In this document: one piece after another, positions 1-9,253 of the stretch | Layout: each line of letters begins with the position of its first letter | How positions within the stretch are numbered: the stretch's first letter is position 1 | Source: Polaromonas sp. | GTDB lineage: Bacteria; Pseudomonadota; Gammaproteobacteria; Burkholderiales; Burkholderiaceae_C | Direction of reading: 5' to 3' | NCBI RefSeq assembly: GCF_030682935.1 | Contig: NZ_JAUXNA010000103.1 | Location: 5,409 to 69,408, forward strand | Length of the DNA stretch: 64,000 nt | Position numbers and translations under genes: made by a program | Notes under the pieces: generated by a model | The model's input: the letters and a program-made list of their open reading frames with translations, nothing else | Told to the model about the DNA's origin: nothing | Database searches by the model: none

Positions 1-477
1 GCGGCCTACTACGGCTATGTGCGGCGCGGCCAGGGCGTGCGGATTCGCGGCGGCACGGCGCGCGCCTACTACGTCGCCATCGAGTCGGCCATGCCCGCCA
101 TTCCGGGCTTTGAGCCGCCGGTGCAGGCGCTGTGCATTGCGCCGTTTGGCATGGAAGAAGGCACCGATGCCGACTTGCTGACGCAGGAATTCGGCCTGGT
201 GGTGGGCGAACCAGTGCACCTGCGCCTGCTGGGCTCGTCGGTGCGGCGCCAGGACCAGCTGGGCACCCTGCTCGACTTCTGGCAGCCCGAAGAGTTGCAG
301 GCGCTGGGCGAAATCCAGGCCACGCTACCCGCCGAAGGCCGGCAAGCAGGCGAGGTGGTGCAGGTCAAGCTGCGCGCCGTGGCCACCGACACCGGCACGC
401 TGGAACTAACCGCCGTGGCGACCCAGGGTAACGAGCGCTGGAAGGTGGAATTCGACGTGCGCGGCAACAGCGATTGA
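1..477 (+). CDS. Atypical Hsp70 (DnaK-related) family protein, C-terminal part; 5' end outside the window
   Basis: Frame is open from base 1 (AAYYGYVRRGQGVRIRGGTARAYY...WKVEFDVR). It is clearly homologous to the post-ATPase region of the downstream Hsp70 (RIGGGAARSYF...RWQLEFDLR). Confidence 0.8.
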   Translation, partial: AAYYGYVRRGQGVRIRGGTARAYYVAIESAMPAIPGFEPPVQALCIAPFGMEEGTDADLLTQEFGLVVGEPVHLRLLGSSVRRQDQLGTLLDFWQPEELQALGEIQATLPAEGRQAGEVVQVKLRAVATDTGTLELTAVATQGNERWKVEFDVRGNSD

Positions 478-498
478 TCTTGGTGTTTTGGCGTCGGC

Positions 499-526
499 GG
501 CTGTTGGCTGTTGGCTGTTGGTATTG
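499..526. repeat. Short tandem repeat (GGCTGTT)x3 plus one degenerate unit
   Basis: ggctgtt at 499, 506 and 513, then ggtattg. Confidence 0.8.
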
Positions 527-529
527 ATC

Positions 530-770
530 CCCCACCCGTCCTGGCTGGGCCTGTGCTGCGCCATAAAAGCGGGATCAGGGCCGCGCGCTGTTTGAGCGCA
601 ACGCAGTGGAGCGAGTTTGCGCGGACCCCCGCTTTTCTGGCGCAGCGCAGGTTGCCCCGTAGCGAAGCGCAGGGGACCCAGACTGCGGGTCGCCTTTTCT
701 TTGGGTACTTTCTTTTGGCGAAGCAAAAGTAAAGTGCCTCGCCTGCCGGGCGAGACCGGCCAGCCCAACT
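530..770. repeat. Structured intergenic element with several hairpins (REP/MITE-like)
   Basis: Hairpin actttcttttg-gcgaag-caaaagtaaagt at about 707-735 and ctcgcctgccgggcgag at 738-754. Resembles, from memory, an element dispersed in Burkholderiales intergenic regions. Confidence 0.5.
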
Positions 771-789
771 AAAAAGAGTTAACCAGGCG

Positions 790-3618
790 ATGAATTCAAA
801 AGCCAAGCCTTCCCAGTACATCGTCGGCATAGACCTCGGCACCACCCACACCGTGGTCGCCTATGCCCGCCCGGGCAAGACCGGGCAAGCCATAGAACTG
901 CTGCAGATCGAGCAACTGGTGGCAGCAGGCCAGGTAGCCGCACTGCCCCTGCTGCCTTCGGTGCGCTACCACGCGGCAGAAGGCGAACTGCCCCCCAGCG
1001 CGCTGCAACTGCCCTGGCCTGCGCAAGCTGACGCCGCCACGGCGCCCGTGGTGATGGGGCAATGGGCGCGCCAGCTGGGCGCGCAGGTGCCGGGCCGGCT
1101 GGTGACCAGTGCCAAAAGCTGGCTGTCCCACACGGCGGCAGACCGTCTGGCCCCGATATTGCCCTGGGGCGCGCCGGCCGAGGTGGCCAAGGTGTCGCCG
1201 GTCGAAGCCAGCGCCAGCTATCTGCGCTACGTGCGGGACGCGTGGAACGCGCAGCATCCCGACCATCCGCTGGCGCAGCAAGACATTGTGCTGACCGTGC
1301 CCGCGTCCTTTGACGAAGCCGCGCGCGCCCTGACCCTGAGCGCCGCGCGCCAGGCCGGGCTGCCCCAGCTGCGCCTGCTGGAAGAACCGCAGGCGGTGTT
1401 TTATGACTGGCTGCTGCGCCATCGCAGCACATTGGCCAAAGAGCTGGCGCAAACCCGGCTGGTGCTGGTCTGCGATGTGGGCGGCGGCACCACCGACCTG
1501 AGCCTGATTCAGGTGGAACAAAAGGATGGCACGCCGCAGCTGAGCCGCATCGGCGTGGGCAACCACCTGATGCTGGGCGGCGACAACATGGACCTGGCGC
1601 TGGCGCATTTGGTGGAGACCCGCATGGCCAGCACGGCGGCAGATCCGTCCACCCGCCTGTCGGCCAGCCAGCTGGCCCAGCTGGTGGAACGCTGCCGCAG
1701 CGCCAAAGAGCAGCTGCTGGCCGCCGACGCGCCTGAACAGACGCAAGTGACCCTGCTGGGCGGTGGCGCCCGGCTGATTGGCGGCAGCCGCTCGGTCACG
1801 CTGACGCGCCAGGACGTCGAGCAGCTGATCGTGGATGGCTTTTTCCCGCAGGTTGAGGCCAGCGCGCAAGCCCGGCAAGCACGCGGCGGTCTCGTCGAGT
1901 TTGGCCTGCCCTACGCCCGCGACCCGGCCATTACCAGCCATATCGCGGACTTTTTTCGGCAGCACGCGCAGGCCATGCCCGACACCCTGCTGCTCAACGG
2001 CGGCGTGTTTCGCGCGGGCGCGCTGGTCCAGCGGCTGCAGCAAACCCTGGGCGCCTGGCGCGGCGCACCACTGCGCCTGCTGCACAACGACAATCCCGAC
2101 GTGGCGGTGGCGCGCGGCGCGGTGGCCTATGCGCTGGCGCAGCAGGGGCTGGCGCCCAGGATTGGTGGCGGCGCGGCGCGCAGCTACTTTTTGCGGCTCG
2201 ATGGCGCGAAAGATGCCGCCAAGGCGCGCGGCATTTGCCTGCTGCCGCGCGGCACTGAAACCGGCCAGGAGGTGCTGCTAACGGGCCGAACCTTTGCGCT
2301 GCGCCTGGGCCAGCCGGTGCGCTTTCACCTGGTCACCTCGGTCGCCCATACGCCCGAGCGGGCGGGTGATCTGATCGACCTGAACGAGGACTTCGTGCCG
2401 CTGCCGCCCATCGTGATGGTGCTGCAAGCGGCCACCGGTCAGCCGTCGCCGGGTAACCAACAAGACATCCCGGTGCAACTGGCCGCCGTGCTGACCGAAG
2501 TCGGCACGCTGGAGATGCACTGCGTCAGCCTGGCCGACGCCAGCCAGCGCTGGCAGCTGGAGTTTGACTTGCGGCACGCAGGCACCGGCGCAGACCTGGC
2601 CGGTGGCACTGGCGACAACGACCAAATTTCTGCATCGCGCCTGGCCGATGCGATCGACAAAATCGACCGCATTTTTGGCAGCACCAGGCAATCGGTCAGC
2701 CCCAAGGACGTGACGCAACTGCGCGCGCAGCTGGAAAAAGTTCTGGGCGCGCGCGCGCAGTGGACCACGCCCGTGCTGCGCCAGCTGTTTGATGCGCTGT
2801 GGCAACGCGCGCGCGGGCGCCGCCGCTCCGCCGGACATGAACGGGTCTGGCTCAATCTGGCGGGCTATGGCCTGCGCCCGGGCTTTGGCAACGCGCTGGA
2901 CGCCTGGCGCGTGCAGCAGCTCTGGATGCTGTTTCCGCTCGGGGTTCAGCACGCCCGCGACAAGCAGGTGTGCGCCGAATGGTGGACGCTGTGGCGGCGC
3001 GTGGCGGGCGGTCTGGCCGCGCCCGAGCAGCTGCGCCTGCTGGAAGACTTTGCCTTTAATCTGCAGATCAACGCAGAGGGCATGGACGATCCCGGCGCGA
3101 TCAAGCCGGTCAGGGGCAGCGACGAGGACATGCTGCGGCTGGGCGCCTCGCTGGAGCGCATTCCGGCCGCCTACAAAGCCGAAATTGGTGAGTGGCTGCT
3201 GGCCCGCCTGCAAAAATCGCTGGCGGCCCCGCTCCCGCGCGCCGGCCCTGACCCCGCCAGCGACAGCCTGCACCTGTGGGCGCTGGGCCGCATCGGCGCG
3301 CGCCAGCCGTTTTACGGCAGCCCGCACGACGTGGTGCCGGCCGACACCGCCGCCGACTGGGCAGGCACGCTGCTCGTGCTGGACTGGAGAAAACTGGAGC
3401 CCGCCGCCTTTGCCGCCACCCATCTGGCCCGCGTGACCGATGACCGCGCGCGCGACCTGCCGCTGGTACTGCGCGAGCAGATCGTGGCGCGGCTGCTGGC
3501 CATCAACGCGCCGCCGGCCTGGGTCGCAATGGTCAGTGAACGCGTGGAACTGGACGAAGCCGTGGAGCGCCGCATGCTGGGCGAATCACTGCCGCCGGGC
3601 TTGAAATTGATGCCCTGA
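790..3618 (+). CDS. Atypical Hsp70 family protein with C-terminal DUF3731-like domain
   Basis: Hsp70 ATPase motifs VGIDLGTTHT, TVPASFD, LLEEPQA, DVGGGTTD, GGDNMD. The Trp-rich helical C-terminus (WLNLAGYGLRPGFG, EWWTLWRRVAGGL) is unlike the DnaK substrate-binding domain. Confidence 0.88.
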   Translation: MNSKAKPSQYIVGIDLGTTHTVVAYARPGKTGQAIELLQIEQLVAAGQVAALPLLPSVRYHAAEGELPPSALQLPWPAQADAATAPVVMGQWARQLGAQVPGRLVTSAKSWLSHTAADRLAPILPWGAPAEVAKVSPVEASASYLRYVRDAWNAQHPDHPLAQQDIVLTVPASFDEAARALTLSAARQAGLPQLRLLEEPQAVFYDWLLRHRSTLAKELAQTRLVLVCDVGGGTTDLSLIQVEQKDGTPQLSRIGVGNHLMLGGDNMDLALAHLVETRMASTAADPSTRLSASQLAQLVERCRSAKEQLLAADAPEQTQVTLLGGGARLIGGSRSVTLTRQDVEQLIVDGFFPQVEASAQARQARGGLVEFGLPYARDPAITSHIADFFRQHAQAMPDTLLLNGGVFRAGALVQRLQQTLGAWRGAPLRLLHNDNPDVAVARGAVAYALAQQGLAPRIGGGAARSYFLRLDGAKDAAKARGICLLPRGTETGQEVLLTGRTFALRLGQPVRFHLVTSVAHTPERAGDLIDLNEDFVPLPPIVMVLQAATGQPSPGNQQDIPVQLAAVLTEVGTLEMHCVSLADASQRWQLEFDLRHAGTGADLAGGTGDNDQISASRLADAIDKIDRIFGSTRQSVSPKDVTQLRAQLEKVLGARAQWTTPVLRQLFDALWQRARGRRRSAGHERVWLNLAGYGLRPGFGNALDAWRVQQLWMLFPLGVQHARDKQVCAEWWTLWRRVAGGLAAPEQLRLLEDFAFNLQINAEGMDDPGAIKPVRGSDEDMLRLGASLERIPAAYKAEIGEWLLARLQKSLAAPLPRAGPDPASDSLHLWALGRIGARQPFYGSPHDVVPADTAADWAGTLLVLDWRKLEPAAFAATHLARVTDDRARDLPLVLREQIVARLLAINAPPAWVAMVSERVELDEAVERRMLGESLPPGLKLMP

Positions 3619-3932
3619 AGAGCATCAATCTGAAACAAATTTCTTACCAGATCATTGCCGACTGATGTAACTTTGACAGTGGTCGTTCCTGTCTGTTGAA
3701 GCGGTGGCCATGCGACTCCACTTTGGCACAAAGATGCCGACGGCGGTGGCAGGCCCATTCGATTGCCAAGACCGGAAGGAGGCATTCATCGTTGACCTTA
3801 CAGAGTTGCGGCCGTCCCGCAGCGCCACTGCTGACGCCCGGCGCTTCTGGTCAAGGATGTTGTGCCAGCGTGATGGGGCCGTCGCTGGCCGATCGGATGC
3901 TTGAGGCCTCAGAACCTTGAAGGAGAACGATC

Positions 3933-4535
3933 ATGTCAAACGGATTGAACGTCTCGGGAACGTATTTTGAAAGCTGCAATTGCTTCGCACCGTGCAGTTG
4001 CTCCTGTCTCAGCCCACCCACAGAGGGAAATTGCGCCGCGCTCATCGCCTGGCATATCGACCAGGGGGCTTTCGGCGACGTGAAGCTGGACGGTCTAAAT
4101 GCCGTGCTCTTTGTCCATTCGCCAGGCCCCATGATGGAATCCAGGTGGCGCGTGGCGCTGTACCTGGATCAGCGCGCCAGCCCGGCGCAGCAGAAAGTGC
4201 TGGGGCAGGTGTTTTCCGGTCAGGCGGGCGGACCTTTGGCCGACCTGGCGCCGCTGATCGGCGAGGTCATGGGCGTGCGCACCGCCCCGATCGAATATGT
4301 CGCCGAGGGCAAACGTCGCAGCCTCCGCATTGAGGACATAGCGGAGGCGGAGATAGAAGCCATTCCCGGCCAGGACGGTGGCGATGTGACGATGGACAAC
4401 CCCCCGTTTACAGCGGCGCCCGGGTTCCCTGCCGTGGTGGCCAAGTCCACGCGGTTCCGCTACGCAGACCACGGCTATCAGCGTGAGGTGTCGGATCGAA
4501 ACGGCTTCTACTCGCCGTTCAGGTACAGCAGCTGA
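3933..4535 (+). CDS. DUF1326 family putative metal-binding protein
   Basis: N-terminal G.YFESCNC...C.C...PTEG.C motif; good RBS (aaggag). Confidence 0.8.
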   Translation: MSNGLNVSGTYFESCNCFAPCSCSCLSPPTEGNCAALIAWHIDQGAFGDVKLDGLNAVLFVHSPGPMMESRWRVALYLDQRASPAQQKVLGQVFSGQAGGPLADLAPLIGEVMGVRTAPIEYVAEGKRRSLRIEDIAEAEIEAIPGQDGGDVTMDNPPFTAAPGFPAVVAKSTRFRYADHGYQREVSDRNGFYSPFRYSS

Positions 4536-5302
4536 TGCGAACGTCGAGCGACATCGCGCGCCTGCCGGTCCTGCTCGGGCTGGTGGGCATGATTTTCCTG
4601 GCCTGGGTGTACCTGCTCTACATGGGTTGGGGCATGGCGCACATGGAGGTCGGCGCCGACATGGTGCTCATGCCCCGCATGACGGATTGGGGCGCTGTGG
4701 ACCTTGCCCTGGTCTTTCTGATGTGGACCGTGATGATGGTTGCCATGATGCTGCCGACCGCACTGCCCATGGTGTTGGCATTCTGGTCGTTGCCGCAACA
4801 ACCCCCGGCGCATTCATCCGTGTTGCGCGTCGTCGCCTTCGTGGCGGGCTACATGCTGGTCTGGACCAGCTTCAGCCTTGTGATGACGCTCGTCCAATGG
4901 GCCCTTCTGCAGGCCCGGCTGATCTCCCCGATGATGGAAATTCGCAGTCCCGCGTTCGGTGGCGTGTTGCTGCTTGTGGCCGGCATCTTCCAGTTCACGC
5001 CGCTGAAACGTGCCTGCCTCTCGCGTTGCCGCTCGCCTTTCTCGTTCCTCATGACCGAGTGGCGTCCGGGTAAGGGCGGCGCATGGATCATGGGGCTGCG
5101 GCACGGGCTTTTTTGCACGGGTTGCTGCTGGTCATTGATGACCATGCTGTTTCTTCTCGGCGTTATGAATGTTGCGTGGATCGCGGCGCTGACCGTTTTT
5201 GTTCTGATAGAAAAGACTTGGCCGGGAGGACAGTGGTTGAGCCCCGCAAGCGGCGCGTTGCTGATTGCGTGGGGAGCCGTTCTCCTTGGCAGCGCATCTT
5301 GA
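4535..5302 (+). CDS. DUF2182 family Met-rich metal-binding integral membrane protein
   Basis: MWTVMMVAMMLP, QFTPLKRACLSRCRSP, GLFCTGCCWSLM, GVMN, LIEK motifs; overlaps the stop codon of the DUF1326 gene. Confidence 0.85.
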   Translation: MRTSSDIARLPVLLGLVGMIFLAWVYLLYMGWGMAHMEVGADMVLMPRMTDWGAVDLALVFLMWTVMMVAMMLPTALPMVLAFWSLPQQPPAHSSVLRVVAFVAGYMLVWTSFSLVMTLVQWALLQARLISPMMEIRSPAFGGVLLLVAGIFQFTPLKRACLSRCRSPFSFLMTEWRPGKGGAWIMGLRHGLFCTGCCWSLMTMLFLLGVMNVAWIAALTVFVLIEKTWPGGQWLSPASGALLIAWGAVLLGSAS

Positions 5303-5493
5303 GCGGCGTGGACGGCCTCCCAAGGCGCGCTGCCCGACAAGCTGTTCCGTCACGCGGGAATACCGCGGCATGGCCGCTTGCGCGCACCGATAATGAACGC
5401 TGCCAGGCTTGTTGCCTCGCGAGATTTCATGATTTTCAAGCTGCCACACCCCCTTCCCCCCCAAACCGCACGCGCTACCGCGGCGCAGCCGCG

Positions 5494-6324
5494 ATGAGCC
5501 TCTCCTGGCCCACCCTGCCAGCGGTTCCGCCCCTTGCGTCGCCGGCTGATGCCACTGCGGCCGGAAAAATCCCGCCACGGCATTACGTCAAGCCCTTTGT
5601 GTATGACAACGGCGAAAGCAAATCGCTGCACTTCACGATCGGCGAATTGCAAAGCCGCATGGTCATGCGCCGCCCCTGGCGCCTGGAGGTGGACTACACC
5701 CGGACCATGATGGGTTTTTTGCTGTTCAAGCCTGCGCCGCTGCACATCGGCATGATCGGGCTGGGCGGGGGCTCGCTGGCCAAATTCTGTTACCGGCAGT
5801 TGCCTGGGAGCCAGATGACGGTGCTGGAAATCAACCCGCATGTGATCGCGCTGCGGCACGAGTTTCAGATTCCGGACGATGACGAACGGTTTCGGGTGAT
5901 CGCTGCCGACGGCGCCCTTTTTGTGCAGACCGAAACGCCGGGCTTTGACGTGCTGCTGGTCGATGGCTTTGACCATGAAGGGCAGCCCGCCGCCTTGTGC
6001 TCGCAGCGCTTTTACGACGACTGCTTTGCGGCGCTGCCCGACGGCGGCGTGCTGGTGGTCAACCTGCACTACGACCACCCTGACTACCCGGTGCTGGCCG
6101 ACCGCATCAGCCGCAGCTTCAGCGGCCATGCGGTCGAGGTCCTGTCCGGGGAGCAAAGCAACAGCATTGTGTTTGCCGCCAAAGGCCAGGCCATTTCGCC
6201 GCGCAACATGAGCCTGTCCAAAAGCCTGTCGGGCCTGGATGAAGAGGCGCGCCAACAGCTCAAGTCGGAGCTGGTGCGGATTGCCTGGCAGATGAAAACC
6301 CTGGATGATGGGGACCACGCCTGA
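5494..6324 (+). CDS. Spermidine synthase-like SAM-dependent transferase
   Basis: SLHF..ELQSRM, YTRTMMGFLLF, IGLGGGSLAKF, LEINP, FDVLLVDGFD motifs; start moved to ATG 5494. Confidence 0.8.
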   Translation: MSLSWPTLPAVPPLASPADATAAGKIPPRHYVKPFVYDNGESKSLHFTIGELQSRMVMRRPWRLEVDYTRTMMGFLLFKPAPLHIGMIGLGGGSLAKFCYRQLPGSQMTVLEINPHVIALRHEFQIPDDDERFRVIAADGALFVQTETPGFDVLLVDGFDHEGQPAALCSQRFYDDCFAALPDGGVLVVNLHYDHPDYPVLADRISRSFSGHAVEVLSGEQSNSIVFAAKGQAISPRNMSLSKSLSGLDEEARQQLKSELVRIAWQMKTLDDGDHA

Positions 6325-6374
6325 AATTTCAGGCGGGCAGCCTCCGGGACACCCCACAACGTACAAGGGCCACC

Positions 6375-6653
6375 ATGACCATGAAAACCAACTTCTCTTT
6401 CGAAGTCCAGTACCTTGCGCAGTCGGACCACACGCAGGCAGAGCGCGATGCGGTGATGGACGAGCTCGGGCCGCTGCTTCAAAAACTGCTGGCCGTTGGC
6501 GACAGCGCCGCCACCGTGGCGGTCAGCGACAGCCACAAGGGCAGCGACCACAAGATCGTGGAGCTGACCACGACGCTGCAAGACCCGCAGATTGAAGACA
6601 TCCTGAAGGCCTTTTCTGCGCAATACGGCGTGCGCGTTGACGCGCTGGAGTAG
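6375..6653 (+). CDS. Hypothetical protein, 92 aa
   Basis: Host-like codon usage, acidic globular composition, fills the gap between genes. Confidence 0.65.
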   Translation: MTMKTNFSFEVQYLAQSDHTQAERDAVMDELGPLLQKLLAVGDSAATVAVSDSHKGSDHKIVELTTTLQDPQIEDILKAFSAQYGVRVDALE

Positions 6654-6742
6654 TTGGCGAGGCGGCATTTTTCTGGCGTGATGCCGGCAGGCCGGCTCGC
6701 CTGCTTTTATCATCTACTCTTCCCAACCACCCCAAGGAAACC

Positions 6743-6934
6743 ATGCCCACGTACCATGTAGAAATGATGGAAGGCCGCACCATCGAACAAAAGAAGAAGC
6801 TGGCTGAAGCCATTACCCGCGTCAGCGTTGAAATTCTCGGCGGCCAGCCCGACTCGGTCGACATCATCATCACCGACATCAAGCGCGAGAACTGGGCGAC
6901 CGGCGGCAAACTCTGGTCGGAACCCCAGGACTGA
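6743..6934 (+). CDS. 4-oxalocrotonate tautomerase family protein
   Basis: Catalytic Pro-1 (MP), GRTIEQKKKL, W..GG; 63 aa; RBS aagga. Confidence 0.9.
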   Translation: MPTYHVEMMEGRTIEQKKKLAEAITRVSVEILGGQPDSVDIIITDIKRENWATGGKLWSEPQD

Positions 6935-6947
6935 CGCCCAGGCCCCC

Positions 6948-8429
6948 TTGCGCACGCCCCCCGCTCTCACGCTCGCCGACCTGCAGGCGCGCCACGGCCC
7001 GCGCTACCGCTGGTTGCTGCTGCTGTCGGTGATGATTGGCACCATGGCCTCCATCATGTCGGCGACCATCGTCAACGTGGCGATTCCCGACATGAGCCAG
7101 CACTTTGCGCTGGGGCAGGAACGTGCGCAGTGGGTCAGTTCGGGCTTCATGGCGGCCATGACGGTGTCCATGCTGACCACGCCCTGGCTGCTGGCGCGCT
7201 ACGGCTACCGCCGCACCTACGTCGGCTGCATGCTGCTGCTGATGGCGGGCGGCGTGGCCGGCGGCCTGGCCAACCATTTCGGACTGGTGCTGGGCGCGCG
7301 CGTGGCCGAAGGACTGGCCGCCGGCGTGGTGCAGCCGATTCCGGCCATCATCATCATGCGGGCCTTCGGGCCCCATGAGCAGGGCCGCGCCAGCGGGCTG
7401 TTTGGCATGGGCGTGGTGCTGGCGCCGGCGCTCGGCCCCAGCCTGGGCGGCGTGCTGGTGGACCTGTTCGGCTGGCGCTCGATTTTCTTCATGGTGATCC
7501 CGCTGTGCCTGCTGTCACTGTGGATGGCCTACCGCTATGTGCCGGTGACGGCGCCAGGCGGCGTGGCGGCCAACCCCAGGGGCGCCATGATTGACTGGCG
7601 CGGCCTGCTGCTGGGCGCCGTGGGTACGCTGTGCCTGCTCAATGGCCTGGTCGAGCTGCACGGCGGCAGCGCCGTACAGGCCTCGGCACTGCTGGGCGCG
7701 GCCGCGCTGGCGCTGCTGGCGTTTGTCGGGTGGCAGCGCCGCCTGGCCGCTGGCGGGCGCACACCGCTGATGAACCTGGCGCTGTTTGGCTACCGCCCCT
7801 TCGCCATGGGCAGCATCGTGGCCTTTATTTACGGCACCGCCCTGTTTGGCTCCACCTACCTGCTGCCGCTGTACCTGCAGTTGGGCCTGAACCTGGCGGC
7901 CTCGCATGTCGGCACCATCTTGCTGCCCGCCGGCCTGGTGCTGGCCGCCACCATCGCGGGCGTGGGGCGGCTGGCCGACCAGCAGCCGACCTGGCGGCTG
8001 GTCAGCATCGGTCTGGCCCTGCTGGCGGCCTCGTTTGCGCTGATGTGGACCGTCACACTGACGTCGGCCCTGTGGCTGCTGGCGCTGTGGGCCACGCTGG
8101 GGCGCATCGGACTGGGCTTTATTTTGCCGTCGCTCAACCTCGGCGCGCTGCGGCCGCTGCACGAACAGCTGCTGTCCCAGGGCGCCAGCGCCATCAACTT
8201 TTTACGCATGCTGGGCGGCGCCATCGGCGTCAGCCTGTGCGGCATTGTGCTGGAGTGGCGCCTGGCGGCGCATGGCGATTCGTTTGCCAACGCCAGCAGC
8301 AGCCCGGCGCGGCTGGCCGCTTTTAACGAAACCTTTTTGATGCTGGCCGCCCTGTGCGCGCTGGCGATGGTGGCGGCCTGGCAACTTCGTGCCCCTGCGC
8401 CACCGGCCCAACTACCGGACACCGACTGA
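6948..8429 (+). CDS. MFS transporter, DHA2 (EmrB/QacA-like)
   Basis: TIVNVAIP, LAPALGPSLGG, GWRSIFF motifs and many TM segments; start taken as TTG 6948 (uncertain). Confidence 0.85.
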   Translation: MRTPPALTLADLQARHGPRYRWLLLLSVMIGTMASIMSATIVNVAIPDMSQHFALGQERAQWVSSGFMAAMTVSMLTTPWLLARYGYRRTYVGCMLLLMAGGVAGGLANHFGLVLGARVAEGLAAGVVQPIPAIIIMRAFGPHEQGRASGLFGMGVVLAPALGPSLGGVLVDLFGWRSIFFMVIPLCLLSLWMAYRYVPVTAPGGVAANPRGAMIDWRGLLLGAVGTLCLLNGLVELHGGSAVQASALLGAAALALLAFVGWQRRLAAGGRTPLMNLALFGYRPFAMGSIVAFIYGTALFGSTYLLPLYLQLGLNLAASHVGTILLPAGLVLAATIAGVGRLADQQPTWRLVSIGLALLAASFALMWTVTLTSALWLLALWATLGRIGLGFILPSLNLGALRPLHEQLLSQGASAINFLRMLGGAIGVSLCGIVLEWRLAAHGDSFANASSSPARLAAFNETFLMLAALCALAMVAAWQLRAPAPPAQLPDTD

Positions 8430-8431
8430 CC

Positions 8432-9229
8432 ATGTGCCAACTGCTCGGGATGAACTGCAACGCGCCCACCGACGTGACCTTCAGCTTTCGCGGCTTTGCA
8501 CAGCGCGGTGGCGCCACCGACCACCACGCCGATGGCTGGGGCATTGCGTTTTTTGAAGGCGACAGCAGCACGGGCAGTAACGGCGGCGACAAGGGGCTGC
8601 GCCATTTTGTCGACCACCTGCCGGCCTGCGCATCGCCCGTGGCCGAACTGATCCGACGCTACCCGATCAAGAGCCGCAACGTCATTGCGCACATCCGCAA
8701 GGCCACGCAAGGCCGCGTCGCGCTGGAGAACTGCCATCCCTTTGTACGAGAGCTGTGGGGCCGCTACTGGGTGTTTGCGCACAACGGCGACCTCAAGAAC
8801 TTCGCACCCCGGCTGCACGGCAGCTTCAGGCCCGTGGGCAACACCGACAGCGAGCGGGCTTTTTGCTGGATCATGCAGGAGCTGGCCAAATCCCATGCGG
8901 ACGTGCCCAGCGTGCAGGAGCTGAGCCTCACGCTGCGCGAGCTGGCGGGACAGATTGCGCGCCACGGCACCTTCAATTTTTTGCTGAGCAACGGGCAGGC
9001 GCTGTGGGCCCATGCCTCGACCAGCCTGGTCTACGTAGAACGCCGCCACCCGTTTGCCCATGCCACGCTGAGCGACGAAGACGTGAGCGTCAACTTTGCC
9101 GAGCACACCACGTCCAGCGACCGTGTGGCCGTGGTGGTAACGGCACCGCTGACCACGAACGAGCACTGGACGGCGTTTGCGCCCGGCGAACTCAAGGTGT
9201 TTGTGGACGGCGCGCTGCAGCAGTATTGA
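8432..9229 (+). CDS. Class II glutamine amidotransferase (YafJ-like)
   Basis: N-terminal MCQLLGMN nucleophile Cys, DGWGIA, IAHIRKAT, NCHPF, FAHNG, TDSE. Confidence 0.9.
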   Translation: MCQLLGMNCNAPTDVTFSFRGFAQRGGATDHHADGWGIAFFEGDSSTGSNGGDKGLRHFVDHLPACASPVAELIRRYPIKSRNVIAHIRKATQGRVALENCHPFVRELWGRYWVFAHNGDLKNFAPRLHGSFRPVGNTDSERAFCWIMQELAKSHADVPSVQELSLTLRELAGQIARHGTFNFLLSNGQALWAHASTSLVYVERRHPFAHATLSDEDVSVNFAEHTTSSDRVAVVVTAPLTTNEHWTAFAPGELKVFVDGALQQY

Positions 9230-9253
9230 CCAGTGCCGCACCGCGCCCAGGCG

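Noticed and set aside
69-851. ORFs 69-851 (-), 406-768 (-) and 511-732 (+) over the Hsp70 intergenic region
   Set aside because: They are translations of the structured repeat or antisense to real genes, with no protein-like features.
3724-3737. Sigma-54-like TGGCAC...TGC upstream of DUF1326
   Set aside because: GG-to-GC spacing is 9 nt, not the required 10.
3696-3920. Short ORFs (66 and 74 aa) upstream of the DUF1326 gene
   Set aside because: No recognisable motif or convincing RBS, and atypical codon use; cannot be supported.
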